64,000 nt of DNA from Enterococcus phage VRE9_2. This document shows, one piece after another, positions 29,513 through 39,071 of the stretch. The translations under genes and the position numbers were made by a program. The stretch lies in sequence record PP680568.1; one strand, given 5' to 3'. How positions within the stretch are numbered: position 1 is the first letter of the stretch; each line of letters starts with the position of its first letter. The notes under the pieces are model-generated. The model was not told the origin of the DNA. It saw only the letters and a program-made list of their open reading frames with translations, and searched no databases.

Positions 29513-30005
29513 TTTTATCTTCCTCCTCTAATAATAAAGAATCTAAATCAATTAATTTTTCTAGCCGTTTAGTTTTTTGTGGAGAAACAATAACCTCATT
29601 TGTCTTGTATTCTATTTTAGTAACCTGCTCTAAGTGTTCTAATCCTTTATAATAATCTCTCGCCTCATTGTAAAAATAAGGAACTAAAGCGATACCACTC
29701 TCAGGAGTTAATCGTTTCTTTTTAATATCAATTAAATAATAAAGTGTTCCCAATAGACCAGATTCAGTGTAATTAAATTTTTCTGTAAATTCTTTAATTT
29801 GTTTTTGAACGAGAGGATAATTGACTTTGCCAGGCGTCAACTGCTCCAATAAATCAGTTATACCCGCTCTCTTGGCTCTCTCTTCTTGCATTGTATCATA
29901 ACAAGTTTTATGATAATAGCCCTTAGAGGTATGCTCAAATAATTCTTCTTCTCTGCTAAAACGCTGTCTGCAATATTGACAAATAACTTTTCTTTGTTTA
30001 GCCAT
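29505..30005 (-). CDS. Hypothetical zinc-finger protein (166 aa).
   Basis: N-terminal CxxC...H..C motif (VICQYCRQRF...HKTCY). RBS AAGGAGG. Confidence 0.5.
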   Translation of the reverse strand: MAKQRKVICQYCRQRFSREEELFEHTSKGYYHKTCYDTMQEERAKRAGITDLLEQLTPGKVNYPLVQKQIKEFTEKFNYTESGLLGTLYYLIDIKKKRLTPESGIALVPYFYNEARDYYKGLEHLEQVTKIEYKTNEVIVSPQKTKRLEKLIDLDSLLLEEEDKNV

Positions 30006-30019
30006 TATATGTATCCTCC

Positions 30020-30058
30020 TTAAAAAAGAAAAGCGAGGAAGTTATTTCCTCCTCGCTC
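30020..30058 (-). terminator. Rho-independent terminator (leftward) after the ATPase gene.
   Basis: - strand stem agcgagga/tcctcgct followed by tttctttttt. Confidence 0.5.
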
Positions 30059-30070
30059 ATCAAATTAATC

Positions 30071-31078
30071 TTATTGTTGTGAAGCAGCCAAATCTTTTAA
30101 GTTTGTAATTGCTAGATCTACTAGTTCAGCTTGTTCAGGTGTAGCATCTGCTACTTTATTATCATGACCTAAAGCTTCATTTACAATTGTACGAATACGA
30201 GGACCATAGAAATCAGCATTAGCTTCCATCAATTCTCCAGCAAGATTATTGAATGTTTCAATTAATTCTTCGATAGGAGTATCAATTTTATTGTATTTAT
30301 GAACCGTAGAAGAATTATCTGTTACAGAATCAATTCCAAATTGTTGCTCTAAATGAGAAACTGCATCACTAATTGCTCCTACTAAATTATCATAATTAAA
30401 TACAATGTAATCAGGAGTGCTATCAAAACGAGAACCAGCAACAAAACGAGGTGTTCCTCGCATGTATAGACGAGTTTCTAAACCTTCTTCTGTATTAACT
30501 GCTCGTGAATAACCAATGATATCAGCCATACGAGTAATAATTTTATTCCCACGTTTATCTAATGTTGGAATAATTTGATTATATTCTTCACCAGATTCAT
30601 CCTTAAAGACTTTATCTTGAGAATGAGAAATCATAACTAATCCATAATCTTCAGCCATGATAGAACGTAATTGTTCATCAAATTCTTTTTCTACTAATTG
30701 ATATCCTTTACCATAAGGTAATTTCTTTTGGTCTGCAATATCTGATGCACCGTGTTGATTAACAATAAATTTTTCACATAGTCCATATGCAATATCTACA
30801 GTATCAATAATAATATTATCATACATTTCTTTAGCTTGATCTGTTTTTAATTGCCGCAAAACTTTTTTAAATTCAGACCAGCTATTAATTGGCAAGGCTC
30901 TTACACCAGGAATTGCAGAATAACCTTTTTCAAAAGCCAATAGCAAAGACTTAGGGAATCGTGTTGCTGTGGTAGTTTTACCTGATTTAGGTTCTCCGTA
31001 AAACATTACTGCATATCCTTTTAAATCTTTAGAAACTTTATGAGGCTCAACATTAAAAATATCAATTGTATTTGCCAT
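30071..31078 (-). CDS. RecA-superfamily P-loop ATPase, AAA_24/Sak4-like. Could be a recombination mediator or a helicase loader.
   Basis: N-terminal Walker A GEPKSGKTT, hhhhD Walker B IIIDTVD. 335 aa. Confidence 0.5.
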   Translation of the reverse strand: MANTIDIFNVEPHKVSKDLKGYAVMFYGEPKSGKTTTATRFPKSLLLAFEKGYSAIPGVRALPINSWSEFKKVLRQLKTDQAKEMYDNIIIDTVDIAYGLCEKFIVNQHGASDIADQKKLPYGKGYQLVEKEFDEQLRSIMAEDYGLVMISHSQDKVFKDESGEEYNQIIPTLDKRGNKIITRMADIIGYSRAVNTEEGLETRLYMRGTPRFVAGSRFDSTPDYIVFNYDNLVGAISDAVSHLEQQFGIDSVTDNSSTVHKYNKIDTPIEELIETFNNLAGELMEANADFYGPRIRTIVNEALGHDNKVADATPEQAELVDLAITNLKDLAASQQ

Positions 31079-31171
31079 TGTATCACTATCCTTTTCTCTT
31101 TTTATTTTATTTTATTAATGTTTCCAACTAGAAAGAGAAACCGAAGCTTCTCCTCCTAAGTAGAACATTAA

Positions 31172-32050
31172 TTAGAATTCAAAAGTTTTTGCTTTATCAA
31201 CTTTTGGCGCTGTATCTTTTTTAGATGTATCAGCCGCAAATCCACTTTTACGTTGTTGATTATCCAAAGCTGCAATTGAAACTTCATAAGCTTTACGTCC
31301 ATCTTGAATTGTTTTAAATAATTCATCTGTAATTTCTTTTGGTTCAATAGCCGCACCAGTAATTACATTTTCTCGTTTTGTACTTTCAAAGATTTCAATA
31401 CGAGTATCACCAAACGCTGATTCTGTTTCACGTTCTTCATGAATTAGATTATTAATCACTTTACCCCATACTTCAATTAAAACTGGGTTTGTTTGACTTG
31501 CGTCAAGCTGAACGAAATAATCATAAGCAGCTTCAGTTTCAATAATAAATTTAGCTGGGAAACAAACGTCACGATAATCAAAAATATTTGCATTCAATAC
31601 ATATCGTCCAGTAGGCTCATCTTTATAAACTTCTTCTACAGGTTGAGCTGTTAACAACAAGTCTGTTGTAAATTCTGCTCGAGGAACACCTGTGTTTCGA
31701 TCATTTAAGAAGCTTGCTCGAATTTGAGTTGCTTCAATTAAATCACCAGCTTGATTTTTAAAAGCACTTGAACTAATAGAAGTTGTCGTCATATAATTTT
31801 TTCCAATAAATGCTTCTGGATTTTGTAACCAATTGCTGATAGTTGCGAACTGTTGGTTTGTAGAACCATCTTTATTCAATTCACGATAAAAACCTTGAAG
31901 ATTTACAGATTGATCTCCAGTATTTAAAGTTAATGATCCAACCATTGCATTGTAAGGTTCACCAGAGCTTTTATCTGTATATTCCTTAACTGTGAAATCG
32001 AAATCCTCTAATGTACCTGAAATTTTTACTTGATTTTTAAAAGTTGCCAT
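31172..32050 (-). CDS. Hypothetical protein, possibly a divergent ssDNA-binding (OB-fold) protein.
   Basis: Lies downstream of the Sak4-like ATPase. The N-terminus follows an SSB-like strand pattern (NQVKISGTL...GSLTLNT), but no definitive motif is present. Confidence 0.3.
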   Translation of the reverse strand: MATFKNQVKISGTLEDFDFTVKEYTDKSSGEPYNAMVGSLTLNTGDQSVNLQGFYRELNKDGSTNQQFATISNWLQNPEAFIGKNYMTTTSISSSAFKNQAGDLIEATQIRASFLNDRNTGVPRAEFTTDLLLTAQPVEEVYKDEPTGRYVLNANIFDYRDVCFPAKFIIETEAAYDYFVQLDASQTNPVLIEVWGKVINNLIHEERETESAFGDTRIEIFESTKRENVITGAAIEPKEITDELFKTIQDGRKAYEVSIAALDNQQRKSGFAADTSKKDTAPKVDKAKTFEF

Positions 32051-32096
32051 AATTTAATTTCCTCCAATATTTGTTTATCTTTTATATTATATTAAT

Positions 32097-32125
32097 ATTA
32101 TAACCTATTTAACTAAAAAAGTCAA
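32097..32125 (-). promoter_or_regulatory. Consensus early promoter TTGACT-17-TATAAT, leftward.
   Basis: - strand: TTGACT tttttagttaaataggt TATAAT. Confidence 0.55.
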
Positions 32126-32128
32126 ATT

Positions 32129-32530
32129 TTATTTTTTGGGACCAGACTCTTTCCAACGTTTTAACGCTACTTGTAAACGATCATTAATTTCATATTCTTG
32201 ATAATATCTAACTCGTTTACAAACCATGATATCGTTTCCTTTATGTTCTGCTCCAAAAACTGGTGCACTATTTTTAAAAGATTCTTTGACTAAACCTTCT
32301 AAATCTTCACGACTAAATACTTTATAATATTTATCTAAGGCTTGTACAATACTTGTATAATCTTCCCAAGTAATCCCACCATCTGGACTAATTTGAACTC
32401 CTGTGGTGTGAACACCTTTTTTGATTGGAAAAATTCCTTCTTTTTTAAGGAACGCATTTAAGTTTCGAGAAAAACTTTTAAAAATTTTCTTTTCTTGCTT
32501 TTCATTTTTTGTCATAATAAAATCCTCCAT
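32129..32530 (-). CDS. Hypothetical protein (133 aa).
   Basis: ORF with the consensus promoter upstream. Confidence 0.45.
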   Translation of the reverse strand: MEDFIMTKNEKQEKKIFKSFSRNLNAFLKKEGIFPIKKGVHTTGVQISPDGGITWEDYTSIVQALDKYYKVFSREDLEGLVKESFKNSAPVFGAEHKGNDIMVCKRVRYYQEYEINDRLQVALKRWKESGPKK

Positions 32531-32568
32531 AAATACTTTTTAATATTTCTTATTTAACTTTATAATTA

Positions 32569-32597
32569 ATTATATCATGTTGAACATAAAAAATCAA
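32569..32597 (-). promoter_or_regulatory. Early promoter TTGATT-17-TGaTATAAT, leftward.
   Basis: - strand: TTGATT ttttatgttcaacatga TATAAT. Confidence 0.55.
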
Positions 32598-32601
32598 ATT
32601 T

Positions 32602-32853
32602 TTAATTAGGGATAACAGCTTTACCTACAACAGCTTTTCCAACCACTGCGATTGTATCATCTGGAGTTCCATCGTCAATTGTTCGTTCAACATACCTAGT
32701 TAAATCAATATCTTCACTCATTATTAGTCCATGTTTTGGACAATATAGATCTCCTGATTTATCGTCTAATTTACGATATACATTTCTCATAATTCTTTCT
32801 TCATCATAACAAATCGGACAAAAATTATCAAGATTTAAATTTACTTTCATCAT
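32602..32853 (-). CDS. Small zinc-ribbon protein with a C-terminal VGKAVVGKAV repeat (83 aa).
   Basis: CPICY...CPKHG zinc ribbon. The C-terminus ends with the tandem VGKA(V/I) repeat shared with the ORF at 48645-48860. Confidence 0.5.
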   Translation of the reverse strand: MMKVNLNLDNFCPICYDEERIMRNVYRKLDDKSGDLYCPKHGLIMSEDIDLTRYVERTIDDGTPDDTIAVVGKAVVGKAVIPN

Positions 32854-32908
32854 AAAAAATTCCTCCTTTTCTTATCTTTATAATTTAAAAAGGAGGAATC
32901 ATCCATTA

Positions 32909-33109
32909 TTATTCATCGTCCTCAATAACTAATTCTAATTCACTAGGACTACAATTACAATATTGTTGAAAACCATGATATTTACAATTTAAAGTTTTTT
33001 CTCCATGTTCATTTTTTTCAGAATATAAACGAACTAATTTATCTTTTTCTTGCTTACATACTGGACAAAAATATTTTCTAGAATAATATCTAATCATATT
33101 ACTCACCAA
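32909..33109 (-). CDS. Small zinc-ribbon protein (66 aa).
   Basis: CPVCK...CKYHG...CNC cysteine pattern. Confidence 0.45.
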   Translation of the reverse strand: MVSNMIRYYSRKYFCPVCKQEKDKLVRLYSEKNEHGEKTLNCKYHGFQQYCNCSPSELELVIEDDE

Positions 33110-33359
33110 ATTCTCGTTTTAACATTAAATTAATTTGTTGAATATTAAAACCAGTTGTTAAAACTGTTCCATCTTCTCGCATTAATGCTGGTAATGATAA
33201 TACATTACCTTTTTCTACTAATTCATTATATTTTTCTGGATCTTTTTCTTTATGAACACTTACGATATGCTTGTTATATTTTTGCATATTTTTAGTTTTT
33301 AAATAACCTTCCAATTGATTACAATATGGACAATTATCTTTTGATAGTTTATAAATCAA
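33099..33359 (-). CDS. nrdH: Glutaredoxin-like NrdH-redoxin.
   Basis: CPYC active site in an 86-aa thioredoxin fold, adjacent to nrdI and nrdF. Confidence 0.6.
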   Translation of the reverse strand: MIYKLSKDNCPYCNQLEGYLKTKNMQKYNKHIVSVHKEKDPEKYNELVEKGNVLSLPALMREDGTVLTTGFNIQQINLMLKREFGE

Positions 33360-33368
33360 ATTATATCA

Positions 33369-33869
33369 CTACTCCTTAATAAAATTATTAAACATTTCTA
33401 AATCTTCTTTATGCTCTTCTGGAATAAAAGTTAATTCAAACTTGATCTTAGGAATATCTTTCTCTAAAATAACTTGAATATTATCTAATGCTCCGCAGAA
33501 ATGAGTATAAATTGTAATTCCACTACCAAATAATAAAACTGGTTTGTTTATTAATACATCTCTATTAGAAATTACAAAAGATTTAATATTTTTAGGAATC
33601 TTTCCATTACTCCATGTGTAAGTTCCTATAATTATTTTATCATACTCTTCTAAATTTGTCAAGTCATCTTTTGTATTTTTTATAACAAAATTAACATTTG
33701 GATAAGTTTTTACTATAAAATCAACAAAAGTTTTTGTATTCCCAGATAAACTCTCATAAATTACAAGCACTTTAGATCCAAGAGAGAGAGATTCTATATG
33801 CGAAGGGATTGCTTTGGGCGGAGCTAATTTCACTCCACCCGTGCAAAATGTTTTTTCATTATTATCCAT
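33369..33869 (-). CDS. nrdI: NrdI flavodoxin-like protein (class Ib RNR accessory).
   Basis: YESLSGNT motif (the S-x-T/S-G-N-T FMN-binding loop). Adjacent to nrdF. Confidence 0.65.
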   Translation of the reverse strand: MDNNEKTFCTGGVKLAPPKAIPSHIESLSLGSKVLVIYESLSGNTKTFVDFIVKTYPNVNFVIKNTKDDLTNLEEYDKIIIGTYTWSNGKIPKNIKSFVISNRDVLINKPVLLFGSGITIYTHFCGALDNIQVILEKDIPKIKFELTFIPEEHKEDLEMFNNFIKE

Positions 33870-34912
33870 TATAATTCATCCCAATTATTTTTATCGTCTG
33901 TTGCTTTAGAATAATTTACTACACGATTTTCAAAGAAATCTGTTTTTGTATTATTGATATTATCTGAATCATAGGTCTTAATCCAAATCATTGGATTGGT
34001 TAAAGCTTCAGTATAAACTTTAGTTAAGCCCAGATTTTGTAATAGAATATTAGCACGCCATTCAATATAGTGTTCTAATTCTTCCATATCTAAAACAGCA
34101 TAATCTTTATATAAATCTCGAGCCAATTCCTGCTCAGATTTAACTACTTTATCAAAGAACGCATAAACCCAATTACTAAAATCTTCACTCTCTTGGGACG
34201 AAAGATGTAATTCAGACATAATTTGTCGTACAACTAACGTTTGGAAATAACTATGTTGTACTTCGTCACGCTGGATCAACTGAATAATTTGTCCTGTTCC
34301 TAACATTTTTTTGTTTCGATTCAATAAATAAAATGGAGTAAATCCATTTGTAAACCTAATACCTTCAAGTGCTGCCATAGCTGCTAAGGCTTTAGCCATA
34401 TTTAATCTAGTTGGAGTTTCCAAAAATGTCTCAAATGTATCTAAAATCATTTCACTTGAGCCAAGAATATATTTATCTGTTTTAGGAATTTCAAATACTT
34501 CCTTCGCTTCTTCTTTCGTCATAAAAGTAGTAGCAATATAAGTATAACTTTCATTATGAATTGATTCTTGAGAAGCGATATAAGCCATAATAGCTTTGAT
34601 AGCAGGGTTTTTAATGTACGCTGCCAATTGACCATCAATAACAGTAGAAATAGAATCTAGTAATACTAATTGAGAAATAGCTCGTTTATAAAAAGTTTTT
34701 TCAATGTCGCTCATATTATCTCGCCAATCTCTACTATCAGTATTTAACCCTACTTCTTGAGGAATCCAAAAATTTTGTTTTAGTTCTGAATATACATCAT
34801 ACCATACAGGATTTTGTTCGTCCCAATATAATAATCCAGAATGTTCTCCAAAAATTGATTCATTTGTATTTTCTGCATCTTTATTAAATAATCTAATATG
34901 TTTTTCTAACAT
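33869..34912 (-). CDS. nrdF: Ribonucleotide reductase class Ib beta subunit (R2F).
   Basis: 347-aa ferritin-like R2 with conserved metal-ligand segments (E..H, QE..H). Confidence 0.8.
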   Translation of the reverse strand: MLEKHIRLFNKDAENTNESIFGEHSGLLYWDEQNPVWYDVYSELKQNFWIPQEVGLNTDSRDWRDNMSDIEKTFYKRAISQLVLLDSISTVIDGQLAAYIKNPAIKAIMAYIASQESIHNESYTYIATTFMTKEEAKEVFEIPKTDKYILGSSEMILDTFETFLETPTRLNMAKALAAMAALEGIRFTNGFTPFYLLNRNKKMLGTGQIIQLIQRDEVQHSYFQTLVVRQIMSELHLSSQESEDFSNWVYAFFDKVVKSEQELARDLYKDYAVLDMEELEHYIEWRANILLQNLGLTKVYTEALTNPMIWIKTYDSDNINNTKTDFFENRVVNYSKATDDKNNWDEL

Positions 34913-34931
34913 TAAAATCTTCTCCTTTATA

Positions 34932-35138
34932 TTACTCTAAATGATTTGTCCATTCATCAATTGAATCTAACCATTCAGAAAAATCATTTGTCGTTCGATT
35001 TTCATCAACAACAAAACAATCATGAAGATAACTAATAATTTCATCTTCAGTTTTATATCCTTTATTTTCAGCTTCCTCAGTAAGGTCATATAAGTTTTGA
35101 TATAAGACCTTACCATTTTCTGTAAATTTTGCTTTCAT
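34932..35138 (-). CDS. Hypothetical protein (68 aa).
   Basis: ORF between the HNH endonuclease and nrdF. Confidence 0.4.
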   Translation of the reverse strand: MKAKFTENGKVLYQNLYDLTEEAENKGYKTEDEIISYLHDCFVVDENRTTNDFSEWLDSIDEWTNHLE

Positions 35139-35140
35139 TT

Positions 35141-35401
35141 TTATAGATCCTCTACATTAAAATGAATGTTCTTTTGCTTCTTGTAAGCATCTAGATAAAT
35201 TTCTTTTTTATCTCCATTTAAGGTTACTTCATAATACATACCATCAGAAATTGCTGTAGATAAAAGTAGTTTACTATTTTGTAGCACTTTTGTACTCCAG
35301 ACAACATATACATCTTCTAAGGTATAGTTTCCTTCTAAATTTTTATTAGAATAATCTAAGACCAATTTTTTAGCTGCTTCTACAAATAATTCATGTTTCA
35401 T
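35141..35401 (-). CDS. Hypothetical protein (86 aa).
   Basis: ORF with the consensus promoter upstream. Confidence 0.4.
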   Translation of the reverse strand: MKHELFVEAAKKLVLDYSNKNLEGNYTLEDVYVVWSTKVLQNSKLLLSTAISDGMYYEVTLNGDKKEIYLDAYKKQKNIHFNVEDL

Positions 35402-35434
35402 TTATTTTCCTCTTTTCTTTATCTTTATATATTT

Positions 35435-35463
35435 ATTATATCATAATAAATAAGGAATTTCAA
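35435..35463 (-). promoter_or_regulatory. Early promoter TTGAAA-17-TGaTATAAT, leftward.
   Basis: - strand: TTGAAA ttccttatttattatga TATAAT. Its -35 overlaps the terminator hairpin of the HNH gene. Confidence 0.55.
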
Positions 35464-35478
35464 ATAAGAAATTCCTTA
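35453..35478 (-). terminator. Rho-independent terminator (leftward) after the HNH gene.
   Basis: Perfect 9-bp inverted repeat aaggaattt/aaattcctt followed by a T-rich tract on the - strand. Confidence 0.5.
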
Positions 35479-35480
35479 TT

Positions 35481-36002
35481 TTAAATTTGTTCCCAATAAT
35501 ATCCATAGGCAGATTTAATTTTTCCAGTTGCAGCACTTCTAATATTACCACTACCTTTTTTTAAAAAATCTGCAGCTTCTTTACTATTTTTAAAAATTAA
35601 AACTTCTCCTGTTTTTTTATGGGTTGCTTTTAATTTTATACTTCTTTTGTCAGCAGAAATTCTAGATCCCTTTTCAGAATTTGCTTTTGATAGTCCATTA
35701 TTATAAGCATGTTGAGTATTCTCAGATATAGTTGCCCATTCTAGGTTAGAAACAACATTATTAAGTTTATTCCCATCTTTATGGTTCACACTATATTTAT
35801 TTTCTGGATTTTCTAAAAAAGCTATTGCTACTAATCTATGAGCATAAAATTGTTGCTTCTTCCCATTCATATAGAGAGTATGTTGTCTATAGCCATGACT
35901 ATTAATTCCGCCAGATAATATTCTATTTCCTCTTTTTAGTCTGCCATAGGAGGAGATCTCATAGACCTCCCACCCCTTGACAGGCAACCATAGTTCTTTC
36001 AT
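35481..36002 (-). CDS. Free-standing HNH homing endonuclease (HNH_3-type with NUMOD-like N-terminus).
   Basis: Motifs WEVYEISSYGRL (N-terminus) and NHKDGNKLNN...NLEW (HNH core). Preferred start ATG at 36002 with RBS AAGGAG at 8 nt. Located between nrdE and nrdF. Confidence 0.7.
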   Translation of the reverse strand: MKELWLPVKGWEVYEISSYGRLKRGNRILSGGINSHGYRQHTLYMNGKKQQFYAHRLVAIAFLENPENKYSVNHKDGNKLNNVVSNLEWATISENTQHAYNNGLSKANSEKGSRISADKRSIKLKATHKKTGEVLIFKNSKEAADFLKKGSGNIRSAATGKIKSAYGYYWEQI

Positions 36003-36013
36003 TCTTTTTCTCC

Positions 36014-38443
36014 TTAAGAACTGCAAGCAACACAATCATCTACACGAGAAGCATCATGAGAACGGGTATAGTAAGAAGATTTAATACCTCTAGACCAAAC
36101 TTCCATATGAAGACGTAGTAAGTTTTTAACTTTAATATCGTCTAAAATATATAAATTAAATGAAGTAGATTGATCTACCCATTTTTGACGTTCTGCGTTG
36201 TGGAGAACAGCCCACATATGACCTAAATCTTTTTCTCCTTCATACTCCATCAACATGGTTGGTTTATAATAGAACCATGTTTCTAAACCTAGTTCTGGAG
36301 CAATGACAGGTGTACGAGAATCTTTCTTACCATCAAAAAAGATAGTATCGTAAACTGTATCTGCCGCTGCAGTAGAACCAGCTAATAAAGAGGTAGAACC
36401 TGTTGGAGCAACTGCTCTTAAATATCCATTCCGCATACCTTTTTTAGCTTTGAAATAAACCTCTGCTCGATAAGCATCCTCAATATCACCTTGACAAACT
36501 CCTCGATGGTCCAACCATTCTCCTGTATTCCATTGGCTTCCCTCAAATAAAGGGTAGCTTCCTTTCTCTTGGGCTAAATCTGCCGACGCCTCAATAATAT
36601 TTAACATGATTCTTTCTTCTAATCGAGCAATTAATTTAGTTGCTTCAACTGAATCAAAATGAATTCCTTGTTTAGCCAAAACTGCTGCAATACCTTGTTC
36701 ACCAATCCCAATAGCACGATAACGATTATTTGTATACTGGGCTTGTAAAACAGGTAAATTATTAACAGTAATAACTGCATCAGTAGCACGAACTTGAGTA
36801 CGTAAAACCTGTCTTAATTTTTCAAATGCCTTAACATCATCATTAGTTTGTGGTCCTTCAATGGAAAGAGTAAAATCTTTCAAAACATTGTTAAGAACAA
36901 TAGAAGATAAATTACATGTTACAAAATCTCCACTTTGTTTATGGATAATAATTTCTCCTAGTTCATTAATAGTTTCTTTAGTCATGGTTGTAGGAGATTG
37001 ATTTTGCACAATTTCAGAACATAGATTAGAACAGTATACCATCCCTACATGATTGTTAGGATTATCTCTATTTGCAGTATCCCGATAAAACATATAAGGT
37101 AAACCAGTTTCTAGTTGAGAACGCATAATTTTTTTCATAATTTCAATAGCTGGTAAACGTTTCTTTAAATGTAAATCATTATTGTCTACAGCCTTAAAAT
37201 AATGATAAGAGAAAGCGTGACGATCAGGGTCTAGGGGTGATCTTCCATCCCATTTTTCTTTATCGTAGAAATCTTCCAGAGAAAAACCTAATACTTTTTT
37301 CACTTCGTGAGGATCAAATAAATACCAGTCTCCACGTTTTTCTACTTGTTGCATGAATAAATCAGGAATAGAAGCACCTAAAAATAGTTCATGCGCTCGT
37401 TTAGATAGATCTCCTGTATTTAAACGTAACTCTAAGAAATCTTCTATATCATAATGCCAAACATCCAAATATGCTGCAATAGCACCACTACGAACTCCTA
37501 ATTGGTCTACTGAAACAGCAGTATTATTTAATTGTTTAAGCCAACCAACAATACCACCTGCAGCACCAACATTTCCTCTAATATCTGAACCAGCAGCACG
37601 AATTTTACCTACATAAATACCAATACCTCCACCAGCCTTGCTTAGGCGAGCAGCATCTGTATTATCATCATAAATCCCTTGTAAGCTATCTTCTGTTGTT
37701 AAAATAAAACAGCTAGAAAATTGTGCATCTGGTCGTCCAGCGTTTGCAAATGTTGGGGTAGCCATAGTAACTTCTTGTTTAGACAATACGTCGTATAATT
37801 CTTTTACATGTTGTAGTCTATCTTGCGTTTCTTCTCTTAATAAAGAAATTGCAATTGTCATATAACGTTCTTGTGGTAGTTCAAATACTGAACGTCCTTT
37901 ATCTTTAGCCCGAATAAGATATCTTTCAGACATATTATATAAACCAGCATAAGTCAAAAGTAAGTCTCGTTCTGGTTTAATATATTTACCTAATTCTTGA
38001 ATTTCTTCTTTAGTATATTTTACAAAAATCTCTGGTTCAATAAGACCTTGTTCACCAAGAGAAGAAAGAAGACCAAAATAGTCGCCATATTTTGAATCGA
38101 CATCATAACTTCGATTTTTTGAAGCTCGTTTATACAATGAATTTAATAATGCTCTAGCTGCCACAAATTCAAATTGTGTATTGCCTAATTTATCAAAATC
38201 CATCATTTCTCCATCTTTAAAGTCCATGATTCTGTCAATTGCATTTTGAATGATAACATCATTAATATCTCGGAAATCAATCTCTTGCCTACCCTGAATT
38301 TGTTTAATAACGCCTTTCTTATAGGCTTCAAATGTATCTGAATGAACATCCAATCCTTCTTTAAAGCTATCTAATTTATTAATTAATCGTTGTGGATCAA
38401 ATTCTAATTTTCTCAATCCATTATCTTTTATTACTACTGTCAA
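36014..38443 (-). CDS. nrdE: Ribonucleotide reductase class I alpha subunit (NrdE-type, with an N-terminal ATP-cone-like segment).
   Basis: 809 aa. N-terminal ATP-cone-like VIKDNGLRKLEFDPQRLINKL. Active-site CSNLCSEI, C-terminal Cys pair, uninterrupted ORF. Confidence 0.85.
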   Translation of the reverse strand: MTVVIKDNGLRKLEFDPQRLINKLDSFKEGLDVHSDTFEAYKKGVIKQIQGRQEIDFRDINDVIIQNAIDRIMDFKDGEMMDFDKLGNTQFEFVAARALLNSLYKRASKNRSYDVDSKYGDYFGLLSSLGEQGLIEPEIFVKYTKEEIQELGKYIKPERDLLLTYAGLYNMSERYLIRAKDKGRSVFELPQERYMTIAISLLREETQDRLQHVKELYDVLSKQEVTMATPTFANAGRPDAQFSSCFILTTEDSLQGIYDDNTDAARLSKAGGGIGIYVGKIRAAGSDIRGNVGAAGGIVGWLKQLNNTAVSVDQLGVRSGAIAAYLDVWHYDIEDFLELRLNTGDLSKRAHELFLGASIPDLFMQQVEKRGDWYLFDPHEVKKVLGFSLEDFYDKEKWDGRSPLDPDRHAFSYHYFKAVDNNDLHLKKRLPAIEIMKKIMRSQLETGLPYMFYRDTANRDNPNNHVGMVYCSNLCSEIVQNQSPTTMTKETINELGEIIIHKQSGDFVTCNLSSIVLNNVLKDFTLSIEGPQTNDDVKAFEKLRQVLRTQVRATDAVITVNNLPVLQAQYTNNRYRAIGIGEQGIAAVLAKQGIHFDSVEATKLIARLEERIMLNIIEASADLAQEKGSYPLFEGSQWNTGEWLDHRGVCQGDIEDAYRAEVYFKAKKGMRNGYLRAVAPTGSTSLLAGSTAAADTVYDTIFFDGKKDSRTPVIAPELGLETWFYYKPTMLMEYEGEKDLGHMWAVLHNAERQKWVDQSTSFNLYILDDIKVKNLLRLHMEVWSRGIKSSYYTRSHDASRVDDCVACSS

Positions 38444-38517
38444 ATAAATCTCTCCTTTTTCAATTCTGTAATCTTTATAAAACCCAATATATAGATATTT
38501 ATACGAAATAAACCACC

Positions 38518-39000
38518 TTATATAGAAGCATATTTAATCAAGGCAAGTAAGACATCTATCAATCCATTATTACAATCAATAAACACTGATTCGGCTTTTC
38601 CTTTTCGTCCTATTACAGAAACCTCTTTTTTGTCTATATCTACAATCATAGCTGTATATTTTCCTGTGGTAGAATATAAAATAAATCCAATAGCTTTTCC
38701 ATCTTTGTCATGTTTGATATATATTTCATCTTCGGTATAACCTAACGCATCTATAATATAAAAAACTATAGTTCTCATATTTGTCCCCGCTGTTTCTTTA
38801 TCAAAGTATAAACTCATAGATGATATAAAATCTCTTTTATAAGAATGACGATCATAAAACATTAAATTTAAAGAATCTTTAGTTATTATAGGACTTACTT
38901 CAATTCTTCCTTTTGGAGAATATATCTTGCCCTCCACTCTTAAAACTTTAGAGCGGCTAATTTCATTTACAATTGCACTTACCTCTTCTAATGGTTTCAT
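38518..39000 (-). CDS. Hypothetical protein (160 aa).
   Basis: ORF with a consensus promoter upstream. Confidence 0.45.
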   Translation of the reverse strand: MKPLEEVSAIVNEISRSKVLRVEGKIYSPKGRIEVSPIITKDSLNLMFYDRHSYKRDFISSMSLYFDKETAGTNMRTIVFYIIDALGYTEDEIYIKHDKDGKAIGFILYSTTGKYTAMIVDIDKKEVSVIGRKGKAESVFIDCNNGLIDVLLALIKYASI

Positions 39001-39033
39001 ATTTTTTCTCCTTTTAAAATTATTATAAAATAA

Positions 39034-39071
39034 AAATCCTTACTATATAAATTATAACATAGTAAGGATTT
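39034..39071 (-). terminator. Rho-independent terminator (leftward) after the LysM gene, overlapping the next promoter.
   Basis: 13-bp inverted repeat aaatccttactat/atagtaaggattt followed by a T-rich tract on the - strand. Confidence 0.5.

Noticed and set aside
31172-32050. Confident SSB annotation for the 292-aa protein.
   Set aside because: There is only a loose OB-fold-like strand pattern and positional logic after a Sak4-like ATPase. It has no acidic C-terminal tail typical of SSBs. Kept at low confidence as hypothetical.
36003-36035. Upstream ATG (36035) for the HNH endonuclease, which overlaps the nrdE stop.
   Set aside because: The second ATG (36002) has a perfect AAGGAG SD at 8 nt. 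It begins at the typical HNH_3 N-terminus (MKELWLPVKGWEVYEIS). The extension MCCLQFLRRKR looks non-coding.
36014-38443. Possible intein or intron in nrdE, since it is 809 aa, longer than typical NrdE.
   Set aside because: The ORF is continuous and lacks intein splice blocks (no C/S...HN-C junction insert). The extra length is accounted for by an N-terminal ATP-cone-like segment.
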